Shown here one piece after another: positions 47,596 through 62,320 of a stretch of 64,000 nt of DNA. Origin of the DNA: Eledone cirrhosa. Lineage: Eukaryota. Location: the NCBI GenBank assembly GCA_964016885.1, contig OZ024741.1:57226001-57290000 (forward strand), written 5' to 3'. The position numbers and the translations under genes were made by a program. Below the pieces are notes generated by a model. It saw only the letters and a program-made list of their open reading frames with translations, did no database searches and had not been told where the DNA came from. How positions within the stretch are numbered: position 1 is the stretch's first letter; every line of letters begins with the position of its first letter.

Positions 47596-48038
47596 CCCAA
47601 TCTACCTCAACCCATAACCTATCATTTACAAAACTAGGTAGGACTGGTGCTGCCTTTAGGTTAACTAGGGCACAGACCACAATGGAGAGCAGAACTGATT
47701 TATTTTTGAGAATCAAAGCTGCCAATTTTGCAAGGGGGTGGTTGAAAATTCTTGCGCAGGACACAAAATAGTATGGCACCGTCTTTGATCCTAAAGTCTG
47801 CTTCATTAAAGTTAAACTGAGGCTAAGCCACCACAGCAACAGCTGTAGTATATTTTAAAATATAGTATTGTATGTTAGTATGTGGGAAAGAGAAATAGGT
47901 TGAAAGACGGCATAGAAAGAGTAAATAACTTTCATATTATGTTCAGTCGAGACGATTTTTCCTTACCGTGATTTATCGGTAAATTACATTTTTTAATTTG
48001 TGGAATTTCAAGACAACATCCATCCATTGCAAATGACT

Positions 48039-48074
<36 letters not shown>

Positions 48075-48999
48075 AAGAGAGAGAGAGAGCTTCCAATGTT
48101 TTTCACTGTCTGTCAAAATCATAGCAACGAGGACACTGCTACTCCGCCTTAACAACATGCAATTATGTATACACGCAACATACGTCGTGTTTCAATCTCA
48201 CCGAAATTACTCTTCTAATTACATTTACATTCAGGATGTATTATAAGGAATATAAATCGTCGTTAAAAAGAACATTTTCAAAACAACGAAAAAAAAAAGG
48301 GGGGGGGATGAAACGACTCTTAACTCCCGAGAATCGTAGGAGCGCCATCCTGACACTCAGCATGTCTGGGGCATTTTAAACTTGGCGGGGCCTATCCATC
48401 TTCAGGTCTGAATATAGCCGATTTCTCTCAGAGAGAATGAGAGAAAGAAGAAGAGAGAGAGCGAGATAGAGAAGAAACGATCCTAGTATTGGACTGGTAC
48501 CCCTCAGTACTCAGTACCCCCCCCCCACCTCCTGACTTTGTTTTTTCTGTTTGTTAACTGAGCAGGTATATGATCAAATACATTCCAACTGTGAACATCT
48601 AGTCTTTTTACTGGTAAGTTTTTCCTTTTTTTTAAATGGTAGTATGTAATTTGATGAAGCTTGCATGGGACCCCTAGCTGAAAATTTAATTGGGGCCCTT
48701 ACATATAATTTATGGAAGCAAAAAGAAAAATGTATATATCATGGGGTCCCTGGTTGCAGTCCAGTTAGTCCCATTGATTTGAGGTGGGAGGGGATTTAAC
48801 TGTTACTTTTAGCAGTTCGAGTGTCCATATAGAGGGCCTATCTCATGCGCAAATGTTATATTAGTTGAAATAATTGCTTCCGGGTCATTGTCGATAGTGT
48901 GAGGTCAGGAAGGGAGAGGTTAGGGCAACATAGCCTTCATAACGTTCCCCCTCCTATTCCTCCTCTCCCTTCCTCATTGAAAGTTTTGTCTATTATCCA

Positions 49000-49273
49000 G
49001 CACACAGACAGGCTGAGTCGTGTCGTTAATTGCTTCAGCTTTTCCTTCACCGGCTGTTCACTTTTATAAGTCTTACCGCTACAACCACCACCTCTACCAC
49101 AATAGGCTCTTTTACTAGATACTAGCTGTTTAGTAATTTGCACACACGCGCAGAAACTATATTTTCACTTCTTTTTGTGGATTAACACACTTTTTCCATC
49201 AATTTATTCGTGGCTATTAATTATTATTATATTAATTGCAATTGTATTACATTTTGAACGGCACAAGGTAAGT
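49000..49273 (+). other. Candidate 5' non-coding exon ending at consensus donor AAG|GTAAGT
   Basis: Perfect donor at 49267/49268; followed by ~2.5 kb of TE-poor AT-rich sequence. The exon start is a guess. Confidence 0.35.
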
Positions 49274-52200
49274 TTGCAAAGTCTTCCATTCTATTTTGGT
49301 CACCGTATTGTTGACATTAATAAACTTTTTGCAACTTTAAAAACAACTTTACTTTTTAATACAATAATTTTTTTTATTAATTTTGATATTTTAAATTTAC
49401 TATTTTATTTCTTTCACATCTAAAATTATTTACAATCAACAAATACCTGCTCTTGGACTTGAAAAAAATCCGTTAGGTTTTGGCGGGATTTTCATCTAAA
49501 TTTTCAAAAGGATCTTGTCATTTAAAATTTTTTAAATAAATCGAGAGTCCGTTTGTTTACGCGTTTCGATTTATTTTATTTTAATTACCCAAGTTTGACT
49601 TGTTTTCCTTTTTTTTTTTTAGTTTGTCTAATTAATTGTTAAATATTTGGAATTAGCGGACGTAATTGCTTGCAATGTGGCACATTTTTTATTTATTTAT
49701 TTAATGTCAGATTCTTCGGTGATGCAATGGTTAAAAGAAAATAATGATGTATCAAAAATGAAAAAATAAATTTGGTTTAGTCCTAGGTATAGTTGAGCTT
49801 CATGGCTAATTTTTATTTTAAAAGAACTTTAAAAAGTTACTCATTATAAATGCATAACATTGTATTGATAGGGATAAATTAGTTGTATTAATTTTCTCGA
49901 ACGGCTGTGAACGTATGTGGATGGGAATTATATTTAATCTTATCCATTCAGCCTTTAAAAATGGATACATTGCGAGCCTAAAACAAGACTGGATGATGAA
50001 TTAGAGAAAACATAGCCTTAAAAAGGCTCGTTTCGATCGGATCAAATAACACAAAAATAAAAAATAAAAATAAAAAAGCTTTCAGTCAAGACTACAATAT
50101 GTGAAATGACAAAATACGATGTTTAGAAGTAAATGTTTCTGTTTTATTTAGAAAATGTAGGCCGGCCTCTATTGTCGTCATCACTTGAGATAACTACGAA
50201 GTTTTTTTTAATCTTAGATAAGGTGGCAGCCTCATTGAAATAGGACATGTATTTCATATAACCATCATATTTTTTTGATAAAACAATGAGAAATACTTTT
50301 AGATATAATACTTCCTTCTGTCTTTTTTTTTTAATTTACTACATAAAGGTTTTTCATTACTGTATGACCGTCTAACTTTTTTTTTTCTTCGACAACTAAT
50401 ATGCGAGCTGTCTTTATCCAGGCCTATTATATATATGTCTCCAGGCCTATTATATATATGTCTATCTTTATAAATAATTATTATTAAAATAGTTATCAAC
50501 TTAATTTTTCTTTCTCTTTGATCTATAAGTTATCATCATAACCGCTCTCTTATTTTGTTGAGCATGTTTGAAGAAAAGTAAAAATACTTTTGGCCACGTT
50601 TTCTCAAGTAACTTGTTGAGATTTCTCGCACCTGCTAACAACTTTTCTCAAACTGCTCAAGTATTGAAATTTTTTTTATCATGGCCTTTTATGTGTTATA
50701 ATTATTTACCTTTGGTTTCTCTTTTTTTTTCTTTTGAATTCTCTTGTTTTTGCGTGAAGATTAATATTTTTAACTGAAGGGTGACCGAAACTAACATTCT
50801 ATTTATTCTTTCTTAGTTTGCCCTTTTATTTAGAAGACATGGTCTCGTTTTGGCAGTTATTCATCCATTCATTATTTATTCAACAATTTATTTATAATAG
50901 TTATTAACGTGAGGCTTACTAAAAAATAAAATTGAACATAAAGCACTCGTTAAGTTTACTTTAGTTTTAGTAACTTTAAAAAAGTTGGTAATGTTATTTA
51001 TGATTATGACATCTGTCAGTTGAATATTACAAAATCATCTTTTGGCATGAATTAGTCCTCGGGTGGGATGTGGGGAAATGCTATCAAAAAGAAAAAGATA
51101 TTTCTTGAAGTATTCGAGGATATTAAATTATGTTATCCATATGGTAAATTCTGAGACTTTGTCTCATTATTTATTCAGTCAATCTATCCAGACTTTTGTA
51201 AAGTTGTCAAACCTCCTACACAGTGTTCTCATTTTCCAATTTATGAAAACAACTGGGTGACTTAAGTATTAGGACATTTTTGAAATTTAAAATGTAATCT
51301 CAACGCAAATGATTATTATAAAGTACTCTTCGAGACAGTTCACATTTTTCAGTCTCAGGTGTGGGGTACTTTACCAAATTTTCTCAACTATTATGGTCAT
51401 TTGCGTTGGGACAACTACGTTTCAAATTATATATAAACACATACGTACACTTGAGTTGTGCCAGTATTTGTTATTGTTTGGCTCCAAGTCGACTCTAATC
51501 TAGCAAAACTAATGATCAATGTCACTCCAGTCATGGGCGCACGTACCATCGGGAGCAATGTTTCTGAATTTTACATATTTTTCAAAAATGTTTAAATATT
51601 AAGTGGAAGCATACAATTTTTTTTAGTTGTGGCGGAGTATATAAAAGAAAATTAGAACCCCTGGTATTATGTCCTTTTGGCTTTTTATTTATTTATTTTT
51701 TATTTTTCTATGAGGTGGGGTGCGGTTTGAATGAGATATGATTGACTGGTCGGACAGCTACGTAAATTCACCCAAAACTTGCCACAGTGTTGTCAATCAA
51801 GTTTGTAACATTAAAAAGAAATGAATAAATGAAATTTTAAAAGTTTTGATAGTGAGAAATAACCGTTTGGCGGATTAAAATATGATACAAAAGTATCAGT
51901 ATTTTTTTTTTTTACTCGATGATTCAGTGAAGCTCCAGTGTAATAGAATGTGCGTGTCCCCCCCCCCCCCTTTATGTATAAATTGTTTATTTGTATACAT
52001 AATTGTGAACTTTCTCCGTTAGAAAAGAAGCTAATTGAAGGTTTATTATGTATTTCCTTGTACGTTAGTAAAATATAAGTTCTCAAACTAGAACTTTCTT
52101 GTACTTAATTATTTGGCATCGTAAGCCTGGCCGAATGGTTTTAAGTTCGCTTCGCAATGATGGATTCCCGGGTTTGACTCATTGCGTAGACTTTATACCA

Positions 52201-54451
52201 TAGACAGCCTCGGATCGTTCTAGGCCTTGTGAGTAAAATTGGGTAGATGGAAACTTGAAGCTCGTCGGATTCAAAAGTCCAGCTTTGTCACTGAATTATG
52301 TTATGGGTCACACACACACGTCTGTTGAACCACTTCACATTATAATGCAAGATGTATTGTATCTAATTTAAAAGTAGAACCTTGTCACATGCTGTATCTG
52401 ATTTAAAGGTTTAGCCTAATTTCATATTGTCACGGGTAACCACTCGCGTTAATTCATGAGTTGAGTGGACATTCCATTCAGTGGTTCGTACAAGCTCATT
52501 GTCGAAAGCGACGGAGGATTCTATAGTTTTACTGATGAATACATTTAATAATATGCTGTCTATGTATATATGTGTGTATATAGGAAAAGAGTCGGGACCC
52601 CAACGGCTGAGCTCCGGCCGTATCGACAGCTATATATATATAAAATTTATACACAATGCATTTCCCATCTTAAGTCATGTAGCTCTAAGTTCGGTTTCCA
52701 ATCACAAGGTCAGGTTTTCAACCCTACATTTGTCCCTGTCAATAGTTATTTCTCCAGAGTTACTCATACATTTAATATAACATTTATGTAATTATATCCT
52801 AAAAATAAATTAAAATATCGTTCTTTAATCATCCACGTATCAGTAATCAACAATCTATACTGACGACACAGGTCCACTAGTTTATTATCCCTCAACAAGG
52901 ATTCCTGTCACGTAACCATGTCTTTTATTTTGATAGCTTACTGTCAAATATCTAATATGTGTAATTCAGGTGGCCGTGTTGACAGACGTCCCACTTCGTT
53001 ATCAGTAATCTACCCCTGCCCATCCTCCCTTCTCAATGTAACTGTCCAATGTATGGTCGTGAGTTTGATTCCCGGCGGAGCAAGACACTTTTCCGATGGT
53101 CTAGTTCACTCAATTGGGGTGGGGAAATGATGTGTACATGTGCTGCAAAGAAACAGCATTAATCTTGCCTCACTGAATCTCCGTGAGAATTACGTTGAGG
53201 ATTTAATCGGCCAAATCGATCTCAATTTGTTGACGTTTGTTTTTTTCATGAATGACCAAGTCACTAATCAATCAGAGCTACAACCCTCCCTGGGTGAGCC
53301 GAGGGTCATGTCTTGCTTACGCATGGCTTTTACAGCTGGGGGCTCTTCCAACCATATTACAGTCTCTTATTAGTTTCATTTTATTGTGGCACCAGAACAA
53401 GTTAGTCATGTCATTGACGTGGCTGAAGAGTCATACGGTAGACTTCCGCACAGTTTCCGTCTACCAAATTTCACTCGCAGGGCATTAGTCAATCTGAGGC
53501 TATAGTAGACACTGCCTCAATGTACTATTATAAGGGTTACTGAACCCGAAACCACGTGGTTACGGGTCAAACTCCTTAACCATACATAGCCCCATATACC
53601 TCAAGGTGCTAAGGAGCATAATTGCCTGTCTGACAGATGAGATACATTTGAATGGGGTCGGCAATTGTCATCTTCAATTTTTTCACCTTGTGTCAACGAG
53701 CGTCCCTGTGTGGTCAGGCTATCGGCCAAATTACACTCTACTGCAGTTCTACACTACAAAAAATTTCATGGCAATTTTGAAATTAGGTGTACCATTCAGG
53801 AAACCAAACGGGCCGTAGTTTGCCCATGACGGGTCTAGACCTGTGACGTAGGATCGCCGAACAATGTAGTTATAGATATACAAAAATGACGAAGTGGTCA
53901 TAGGTCTGTCTCTCTTTCTCTCTGGTCAGGGCTGACCTGGAATAAACGACAACTACGTTTTCATATTGTGACGTAAAAAGACAAACAACTTTTCTTCAAA
54001 GGAATTTAATAAGTATTATTAACAGGAATTTGTTTTCGGCGCTACTATAATAATTACTAAATAAACATAGGATATGAAACAATTTTCGAAGTTAAGTAAA
54101 TGAAATGCTACCTGTTTTCAAGTACCCGAAGTGTACCCTTACCCTGATATTTAATTAATATACACTTATCATGTAGCTATATTTAAACATAACATACAGG
54201 TATGGGCTGCTATTAATAATACTAAACCTGTATACTATTTCTATCTGTTTTATATATATCACCACGGCATCTCTGTCTCATATTTTCTAAACAATATTTC
54301 TGACATTTAAAGATGATTTTTTTTTTTTAGGAGGGAGGCGTACCATCCTTCGTCTTAGGCCCACGCATAGATTCTGCGCTGGAAGTCGTTTTCGCTTTTG
54401 TAGACGCTAAACAGATCATCTAACGCCCGCTTTCCTTCTTAGCATGAGCAG

Positions 54452-54507
<56 letters not shown>

Positions 54508-54849
54508 CTACTCATGCACTCTATATTTGTGTAATTTGCCTAAATGCATAACCTGTCTCTATCTGTTTTGTTATGTCCCAAAGTGCGCTGGAATGGGCAG
54601 TCACAACCCTGGTTTATCGAGGCCGTAGTAATTTCTGGAAGATAGGACTGTCCGTCTTTCCGTTGTTTTTTTGTTTTTTTTTCCAATGCCTTTGTCCTGT
54701 GTGCTCCCTATTTTGAATAAATATATATGTGTGTGTGTGTTTGTTTGTTTGTTTCGGTCTTAGATGATGGTGAGGGTCAGAAACGCAGTTCTCAGGAGAT
54801 GCATCGTGGCGCTGCGCAAGAAAGCTGGTTCTTTGAATTGCAGGTACAA

Positions 54850-54985
54850 TTCATATTGCCAGCTGAATGGACTGGGGGAACGTGAAATAAAGCGTCTCGC
54901 TCAAGGACACAGCGCGTTGCTGTGGATCCAACTCACGACCTTTTGATCGTAAACAGAACACCCTAACCACCAAGCCACGCGTCTT
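54850..54985 (-). mobile_element. tRNA-derived SINE head
   Basis: Same family as 28320-28457; other decayed SINEs at ~52120-52270(+), 53045-53250(+), 53435-53585(-), 60920-61165(+), 63180-63310(+). Confidence 0.75.
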
Positions 54986-56106
54986 CACTCTTGTATGCCC
55001 CCACACACACCTCCACCACTATTTCCTTCTGCTATTCTACAAATATATTTTTAACGACTGATTTCATTAATAACACAATAAGTAAAGGGGGGGGGGGGGC
55101 TCAACGAATGGCTGTTGTCTTTAAATTATTAGCGGTGATTATATTTATAAGCATTTCCTCCTCTCAAAATTGACTGACGTACATACGTGTGCGTGTGGCA
55201 ATTTTTGTATTTATAGATGGGACTGAAGAAGTTGGGTATCATTAGTATCCCCTTTTGCACGGATGAAAGGAAATTGAAAAGGGTTCTCTAGTACACCACA
55301 CACACTCTCATTGTCCCGCCTCACAGATATACTCTAACTGTCCCTCTTTCATAAACACACATACAGCACACGACTCGTCCCCTTCCCCCAAGTAAGTGAC
55401 TCTAAAGGTACATACTATGTAGATTTTGTCTGGCTGTTAACATCTTTCATTCTAACACCACGCCTTATTTGTTAGAAACCTACTTCAACCCAACAGCAAT
55501 TCCCTTCTTCAGTTCTTTTTCATTCCCCTCATTCCTATTTCCCAATCCTCACAAATACCTCTACCCAATCCCCACAAATATCCCTACCTCCAACCCCTCT
55601 CCCAAATACCCTAACCCTACTATATTCACAGCCCTTTCATCAGAATTGTTTCCACTTCTCTTGTGTACATCCTATGAGACCTGTCTAAATATTTTCCTTG
55701 ATAGATAAATGCACCCTTCCCCCACTCAACTTCTTATTTCAGATATTTTAGTCATCTTTTTTTTTTTCTCATCTACTTTCAAGTTCTTCTGGTGTCATTC
55801 TTTCAAGTTCCTGTTTGCATAGCTAGTTCCTAACCATTTATATTCTTAACTCTTCAATTTTTGTATTTCTAATGAAATTTGTTTTCAATGATTTTCATGT
55901 AATTTTGAAAATAATCATAATTTTGAGCATAAAGATTCTTAGATAGAATTGTGGTGGCTGAGTTTTAGATAAATATAAACCAGTTAAAATAAACAGCTTT
56001 GTAACAAACTTGTTTTGGGCAGTTTCATATCAAAAGTGTTAAATGTGTGTTTTGTAATCCTTGGTACCAAACTGCTTTTGCTGCTACAATACAAAGCTGT
56101 TTATTT

Positions 56107-56334
56107 TAACCCTTTAACATTTAAACTAGCCATATCCGGCCGGAATTCTCTCACCTCTATCTGTTCAAACCAGCTGTAACCGGCCACTCAAACTGGTTTT
56201 AAGGTATTGTTCTCAAAATGAATAATATCAACATCTCATAGATTCGATATTTTATAAGATAATTATGTGAGGTAAAGCCTTTGCCTTGAAAATATAATAT
56301 TATATATAGAGTAATGTAAATGCTAAAGGGTTAA
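56107..56334. mobile_element. piggyBac-type MITE (TTAA TSD, CCCTTTA termini)
   Basis: ttaa-ccctttaacattta...taaatgctaaaggg-ttaa; family copies at 57446-57633, 59445-59649, 63360-63628. Confidence 0.8.
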
Positions 56335-56411
56335 AGTTTATATTTATCTAAGCACCTTCCATCATGATTTTATGTAAGAACCTTTAAGTTATGTTCCAAA
56401 CACCAGATAAA

Positions 56412-56603
56412 TAATTGTTTCTACTTTAGGCACAAGGCCAGTAATTACCCAGTGCATTACTGGTACTTTATTTTATCGACCGACCCCGTAAGGATGAAAG
56501 GCAAAGTCAACCTCGGCGGGATTTGAACTCAGATCGTAAAGGGACGTAACTATGCTGGAAAGCATGGCGTCCGACCTTCTACCGATACTGCCAATCCACC
56601 GCC
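56412..56603 (-). mobile_element. Nin-domain-like SINE with 13-bp TSD
   Basis: Homologous to 36885-37077; ccagataaataat duplicated at 56403-56415 and 56603-56615. Confidence 0.88.
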
Positions 56604-57893
56604 CAGATAAATAATGAAAGTTAATTGCATGACTAAATCCTTCCAAATTCTTGATTATTTCAAAATCATTTAGAAATCATAAACGGTGAAAACCTCTCAC
56701 CTTATTTTAAGCACCTTTATGTTCCAAGCATCCAATAAATATTGACAATGTTATGTTACAAAATCCCTCCAAATTTTGGATTATTTTCAAAATGGTTTGG
56801 AAACCATAGGCAGTGTATTTAAGATATGGAATAATGAAGGGTTTAAAATATTTTGCTAGTTTCAGTCATTGTATTGTGGCCTTGGCTTCAAGGATGTAAT
56901 CAACTGTATTACCCCTCTCCATCCTCCCACACACTTTCGTACTTACTTCAATTAACTTAGAAAGGATTAGATGCAAAATCTGCTAGTTTAAGTATTTCAA
57001 CATAAAATGTAACGAGATATCCTAGAGTATTTTGTAAGAAAGGTTCTACCAAAAATTTGTTTGAGGAAGGAACCCTGTGGAATGGAATTATTGATGCACT
57101 GGGTATTGTAGGCTGTTCACTGAAGCAAAGCTTTCACCATCTTGGCCATCATGGTGGGTCATATTGTTTGCAGGTCAGACCTGAAATGTTCTTTTCAGCC
57201 ATAGGTGTAGAGTTTCTATACTCCCCTTTCATTATATTTATTTTCTCTCCTCCAGCATTTTTTCTTTTCTTTCTCTTTTCCTATTTGTAAATCTATATGA
57301 CTGGATATAAAATGTTGACTCAGTAATAAGTCTTTCATCTACTATTTTAATACCTTTGTTGTCTCTGCAAGTTTGAATATACCAGAGTTAGCAGAAACCA
57401 GAAAACCTTGTGAAATGGAATGCAATATTGAGTTGTTTCAGCCCTTTTAATCCTTTATACTCTATATATACTATTATATTTTCATGGTAAAGGCTTTACC
57501 TCGCATATTGAATCTATGAGATTTTGATATTTATTTTGAGAACACCTTAACATCAGTATGAGTGGCCAGTTTGAATAGAAAGAGGTGAGAGAATTCTGAC
57601 CAGATATGGCTGGTTTAAATTCTAAAGAGTTAATTAATATACTAGTAAAGATACTAAAAACATTTGCCTCAACAAACAACATTAGCAAGATATTCTTGAA
57701 AAGTGCAAAACAGCACTATGGCTGCATCGTATTTAACATTGTCTTTATTACTGTAAATTTTCACGATGCATATTTTGCTTAGTTTTTATGACTGGATGTG
57801 TCTTTCATTATAAATATGGTAATGAAAGAGTTATACACTATATATATATATATAAATATAATCAGTGGTATCTGGTATATATAGACAATGGCG

Positions 57894-57929
<36 letters not shown>

Positions 57930-57931
<2 letters not shown>

Positions 57932-58360
57932 TCTTTGGCGCTACGCAGTAATACAGAAGACCCGCCTTGCCTATGTACATAGCGAAACCTACAGTCAGTA
58001 GGCACCTCTTAACCAAATATACACCCCTATTCCACCCTGCCACTCCCACCAACACCACCCTCTCTGTAAAGTTATGTTGGTACCACAACATCCAGTCCAA
58101 ACTAATAAAGTTGTATAGGTGTCACAACAAAAAACACACAGTCCGTGCTGTAATGTGGCCATGTAGGTAACACGGTAAAAACCTCCCAGTCCACACTGTA
58201 AACGTGGTTGGTGTTAGGAAGGACATCCAGCCGTAGAAAACCTGCCAGACAGTCCTATACGAGCGAGACACGGTCTCCCGACCAATCTTGCCTCAAGTGG
58301 GACAATTCCCGTCTAAACCCATGTTAGCGTGGAAGATAGATGTTAAATGATGATATGATG
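57930..58360 (+). mobile_element. Non-autonomous RTE-derived repeat / RTE 3' UTR
   Basis: Aligns with 35720-36148. Confidence 0.8.
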
Positions 58361-58377
58361 TATATGTGTACAAGTGA

Positions 58378-58695
58378 AGGCGCGTGGCTGTGTGGTTAGT
58401 GTATTAGACTTACAATTGTAATTAGTCACGAGTTGATTCCAGCGGCGTGCTATCCTTGAGCAAGACACTTTATTTCATGTAGCTCTGGTCCACTCAGCTG
58501 GCAAGAATGAAATGTACCCGTAATTCGAAGGGCCAGTCTGGTCACATTCTGTTTACGCTGAATCTCCCTGAGAACTAGGTTAAGGGTTCGTATGTTTGCT
58601 GACTGCTCAGCCACTTGCACATTAATTTCACAGCAGGCTGTTCTGTTGATCAATTCAACTGGAACATTCATCATTGTTGTAACCGATGGTGTACC
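58378..58695 (+). mobile_element. Full-length tRNA-derived SINE
   Basis: ggcgcgtggctgtgtggttag head, ccttgagcaagacactttatttca body. Confidence 0.8.
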
Positions 58696-58708
58696 ACTAC
58701 GTGTGTGT

Positions 58709-58751
<43 letters not shown>

Positions 58752-58754
<3 letters not shown>

Positions 58755-58850
58755 GTGTCCAAAAAAATGTATACACATTTCAACAACATACTAATAAATA
58801 TTGCCTGTGCAGGTAATCAAAGTATGTATACATTTTTATGGGACACTGTA
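58752..58850. mobile_element. Tc1/mariner-like ~100-bp MITE
   Basis: Imperfect TIRs gtgtccaaaaaaatgtatac / gtatacatttttatgggacactg followed by TA. Confidence 0.55.
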
Positions 58851-59321
58851 TATATATGTGTGTGTGTGTGTGTTATACATGGGTATATATGCAGTGGTAC
58901 CTGGTATATATCTAGTCTGGCATTCTTACCATTTCTGCTTACTTCACCACCTTCTCTTTGCTCTTTTGCTATATCTATAGTAAGTATCTTTGCAGAATTA
59001 TGTTGTGTGTGCATATATATATATAATCTGGTAGATAGTGTATGTGAAACAAAAGTTTGTGTTTCTATAGAGACTGAATTGTTAGTATTTCTGGACTAAA
59101 ACTGCTGTAAAATTCCTCCAGACTATTCAGTAGTTTGGTAGCAGTAATTCTTTGTTTCTGTAGGTGCAGGCAAGGCTGTGTAGTTAAGGACTTCACTCCG
59201 CAATGCAATGCAATTGTGTGCTTCTATGTTCAGTCCAGCTACTCAGCATCTTGGGCATGTCTTGTACAATAGAAAATTATGACAATGATGATGCTGACAC
59301 AGATATCTAAACAGATATGTG

Positions 59322-59383
<62 letters not shown>

Positions 59384-60294
59384 ATCATCATCATTTGAGA
59401 AACAAACTATTTTTTTATATAGAGAGAGCAAATGATATATAGATTTAACCCTTTGGTATTCACATTACTCTATATATACTATTATATTTTCATGGTAAAT
59501 GCTTTACCTCACATAATATTGAATCTATGAGATTTTGAAAGTATTTATTTTGAGAACAATACCTTAACATCAGTTTGGGTGACCAGTTACAGCCAATTTC
59601 AACAGAAAGAGGTAGAGAATTCTGGCTGGTTTGAACATTAAAGGGTTAAATACAGATTATAAAGCATACTCTTAGGTATTAAAATAGTGCTGTACTTACA
59701 GAAAGATTGTGCTTACAGCATAGTTTTATGTAAGTACAGCATAATCTTTCTGTTAGTACAGCACTATGCTTACAGCATAATTTTTCTGTCAGTACAGCAC
59801 TATTTTAATACCTAAGAGTATGTTTTAAAATTTGTATTTAAATATCATTTTCTCTCTATATATATACACAAAATACTGGTTTGTGTCTCAATTGGTATAT
59901 CCACTTATATATTGTTTACAATTTTATATATATAGTTTAACTATCTTCATTGGGGAGAATACAAGCTAGACAAACTAATATTAGAAAGTTTTGCTTGTAT
60001 TGTCTCCTTAATGCAGTTTCTTGAATTAAGAAACAATGTTGATTATCCTAAGGTGACCCCGGTCTCATCGAGCAAGAGCAAAAAGATATATGTATATGGG
60101 CACACCCATGTTTGTTCACATATTAGGCAAATATCTTCTATAAAGTTTAGGTTGGTCAATGCCTTGTGGAATTTGGTAGACAAAAACTGCAGAAGCCCAT
60201 CATTATATATATATACATATATACACTCTGCTGTGTATTGAGTACCTTACTTACTGTGATTAGCTTCAATGTTTGTGTGCATGTGTATACATTG

Positions 60295-60652
60295 AGATGG
60301 GGGCAGTAAACGAGGCAAGCATACTTCGATGGATGTGCAAATGTTAAATGTTAATGTGCATGAACTATAAAGCATGGATGAACTAAGAGAAAAACTGGGT
60401 GTAAGAGGAATCAGATGTGCTAGAGAGAAGACTGCATTGTTGTGGACATGTGGTGTATATGGGTGATCACTGAGTGCATAAATGCCAGGACATTTCAGGA
60501 GAGGAAGATATGGGCAAAGGTGGTCAGAGCTAATCTGAAATCACTGAAGCTTGCAGGGAAAGTGAAGAAATGCAATGGGTGGAGGGATATTGTGCTGAAA
60601 AAGACCCTTCCAGCTCAGGCAAGCTGGGAAAGGCGGCTGTAAAATGATGATT
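60295..60652 (+). mobile_element. Old RTE 3' fragment
   Basis: aacgaggcaagcatacttcgatggatgtgc (NEASILRWMC) ... aaaatgatga tail. Confidence 0.75.
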
Positions 60653-62320
60653 ATGTGTGTCCATGTTTATGTCCCATAATGCAGCTGTTTGATAAAATGC
60701 GTCACATTTAGGAAATAAGTACTGGGCTTGATATGAATGATTAAGTCAAAGTATTGCCCCAACACGATGGCAGTCTAATGATTAAAAAGAATTAAGTTTA
60801 GAATTAGGATCAACAGGGATTGACTAAATGAAGGTGGTGCCCCAGTAGGGTTGCAATCTAAAAATTTATCAATTCTCTTCATTGGAAGATGAAAGAATAT
60901 AGCAGTGACACATAGCCACATGGTGTTGGGTTCTGTCCCATTGTGTGGCACCTTGGGCCACATGGTGTTGGGCTCTGTCCCATTGTGTGGGACCTTGGGT
61001 AAGTGTCTTCAACACTCAAGTCAAACAATGCCTTGTGAGTAATTTTGGTAAATGGAAACAACTCCATCATATGTGGAGTAAAGAGCTTACCATGCCAAAA
61101 TATGGAATGTATGAGCAAAGCATGGTTCTCCAACCCACACCAACATGGAAAACGGATGTGAAATGATGATATATAAATGCCTATATTTATTTCTCTTCTT
61201 TCTAGCTGGCAGTAATATTTGTTTATATTCTGCATAATCAAAGCTCCTGCTACTCAGCTGTTAGATTTGTGAAGATCTTTATCTTACTTAAAAGACATGT
61301 GAGCATTGATATTAATAAGTTCATATAGCTGTAAAATGCTGCCTCCAAAAGTCCATTCCATTCTGGAAATTAATAAAGGGTATGCTTAATGCGAAGTTTC
61401 TAGTTTGGTCTGCAACATTCTCTCTATTTCTTTATCCCTTTAACCAAATTTGAAAAAGTTCTCTACTTTATGATTGCTGGTATCCACCTTAAGCGAAAAT
61501 GTTAGGTGAATTGATGTAGAAATGATAGGCGAGTTTAGCTTGCTAGGTGGGAAAATGGATATTAAATGATGTGTGTGTATGTGTTTATACATATGTATGT
61601 GTATATACATACAAATATAAATACACACATACAGATATATATATGTGTAACCTTTTTGTCTCCTTATGTTCCACCATATCACTTGTATTTTGCTTTCTCT
61701 TGGTATTTGAGTCTTTTGATGTCTTTAAACTAAGGTAATTAGATTCACTACCTAATTTGAAATAATTGACACATGTGCACTAACACCCACCCACATACAC
61801 CTTTGTCTATGTGTGTATATATATATATGTGTTTGTGTGTTTATGTATGTGTGAGTATTCAATCAATTTAGTTGCAAGTCCAAATATATTTTTGTTAAAA
61901 CATTTAATAGGTCACTGGTACTCTTAATTAATCAATATATATATATTTGTGTAAGTGTATTATACTGAAGGGAAAGTCTAATTGAAGGATCCATGTAATT
62001 CACAAAGGAGCTTAAAACTCTTTTCTTACCATATTTCTAATAAGAGACACTACCTATAATTTTCAAAATTAAGAATTTAAGCTGGTGTTTGGAACATAAC
62101 AAAGGTTGTTACATAAAATTATGATGAAAGGTTTTTAGATAAATAGAAACACTTCAAAATAGTTTATTGAAGAACCAGAGTTTGTTTATCAACAGGCTTC
62201 ATAAACTAAGTTGGAATAATTCATGTGTAAATGAAACACACTGTTTTTGTTTATTTTAATTATTGTTTTATGTATCTACAATTAGGTTATTGATTAATTG
62301 GTGTATATATATATATATAT

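Noticed and set aside
47591-47845. 82-aa minus-strand ORF as second exon
   Set aside because: Splicing from the 47967 donor gives an early stop, and the peptide resembles nothing I recognise.
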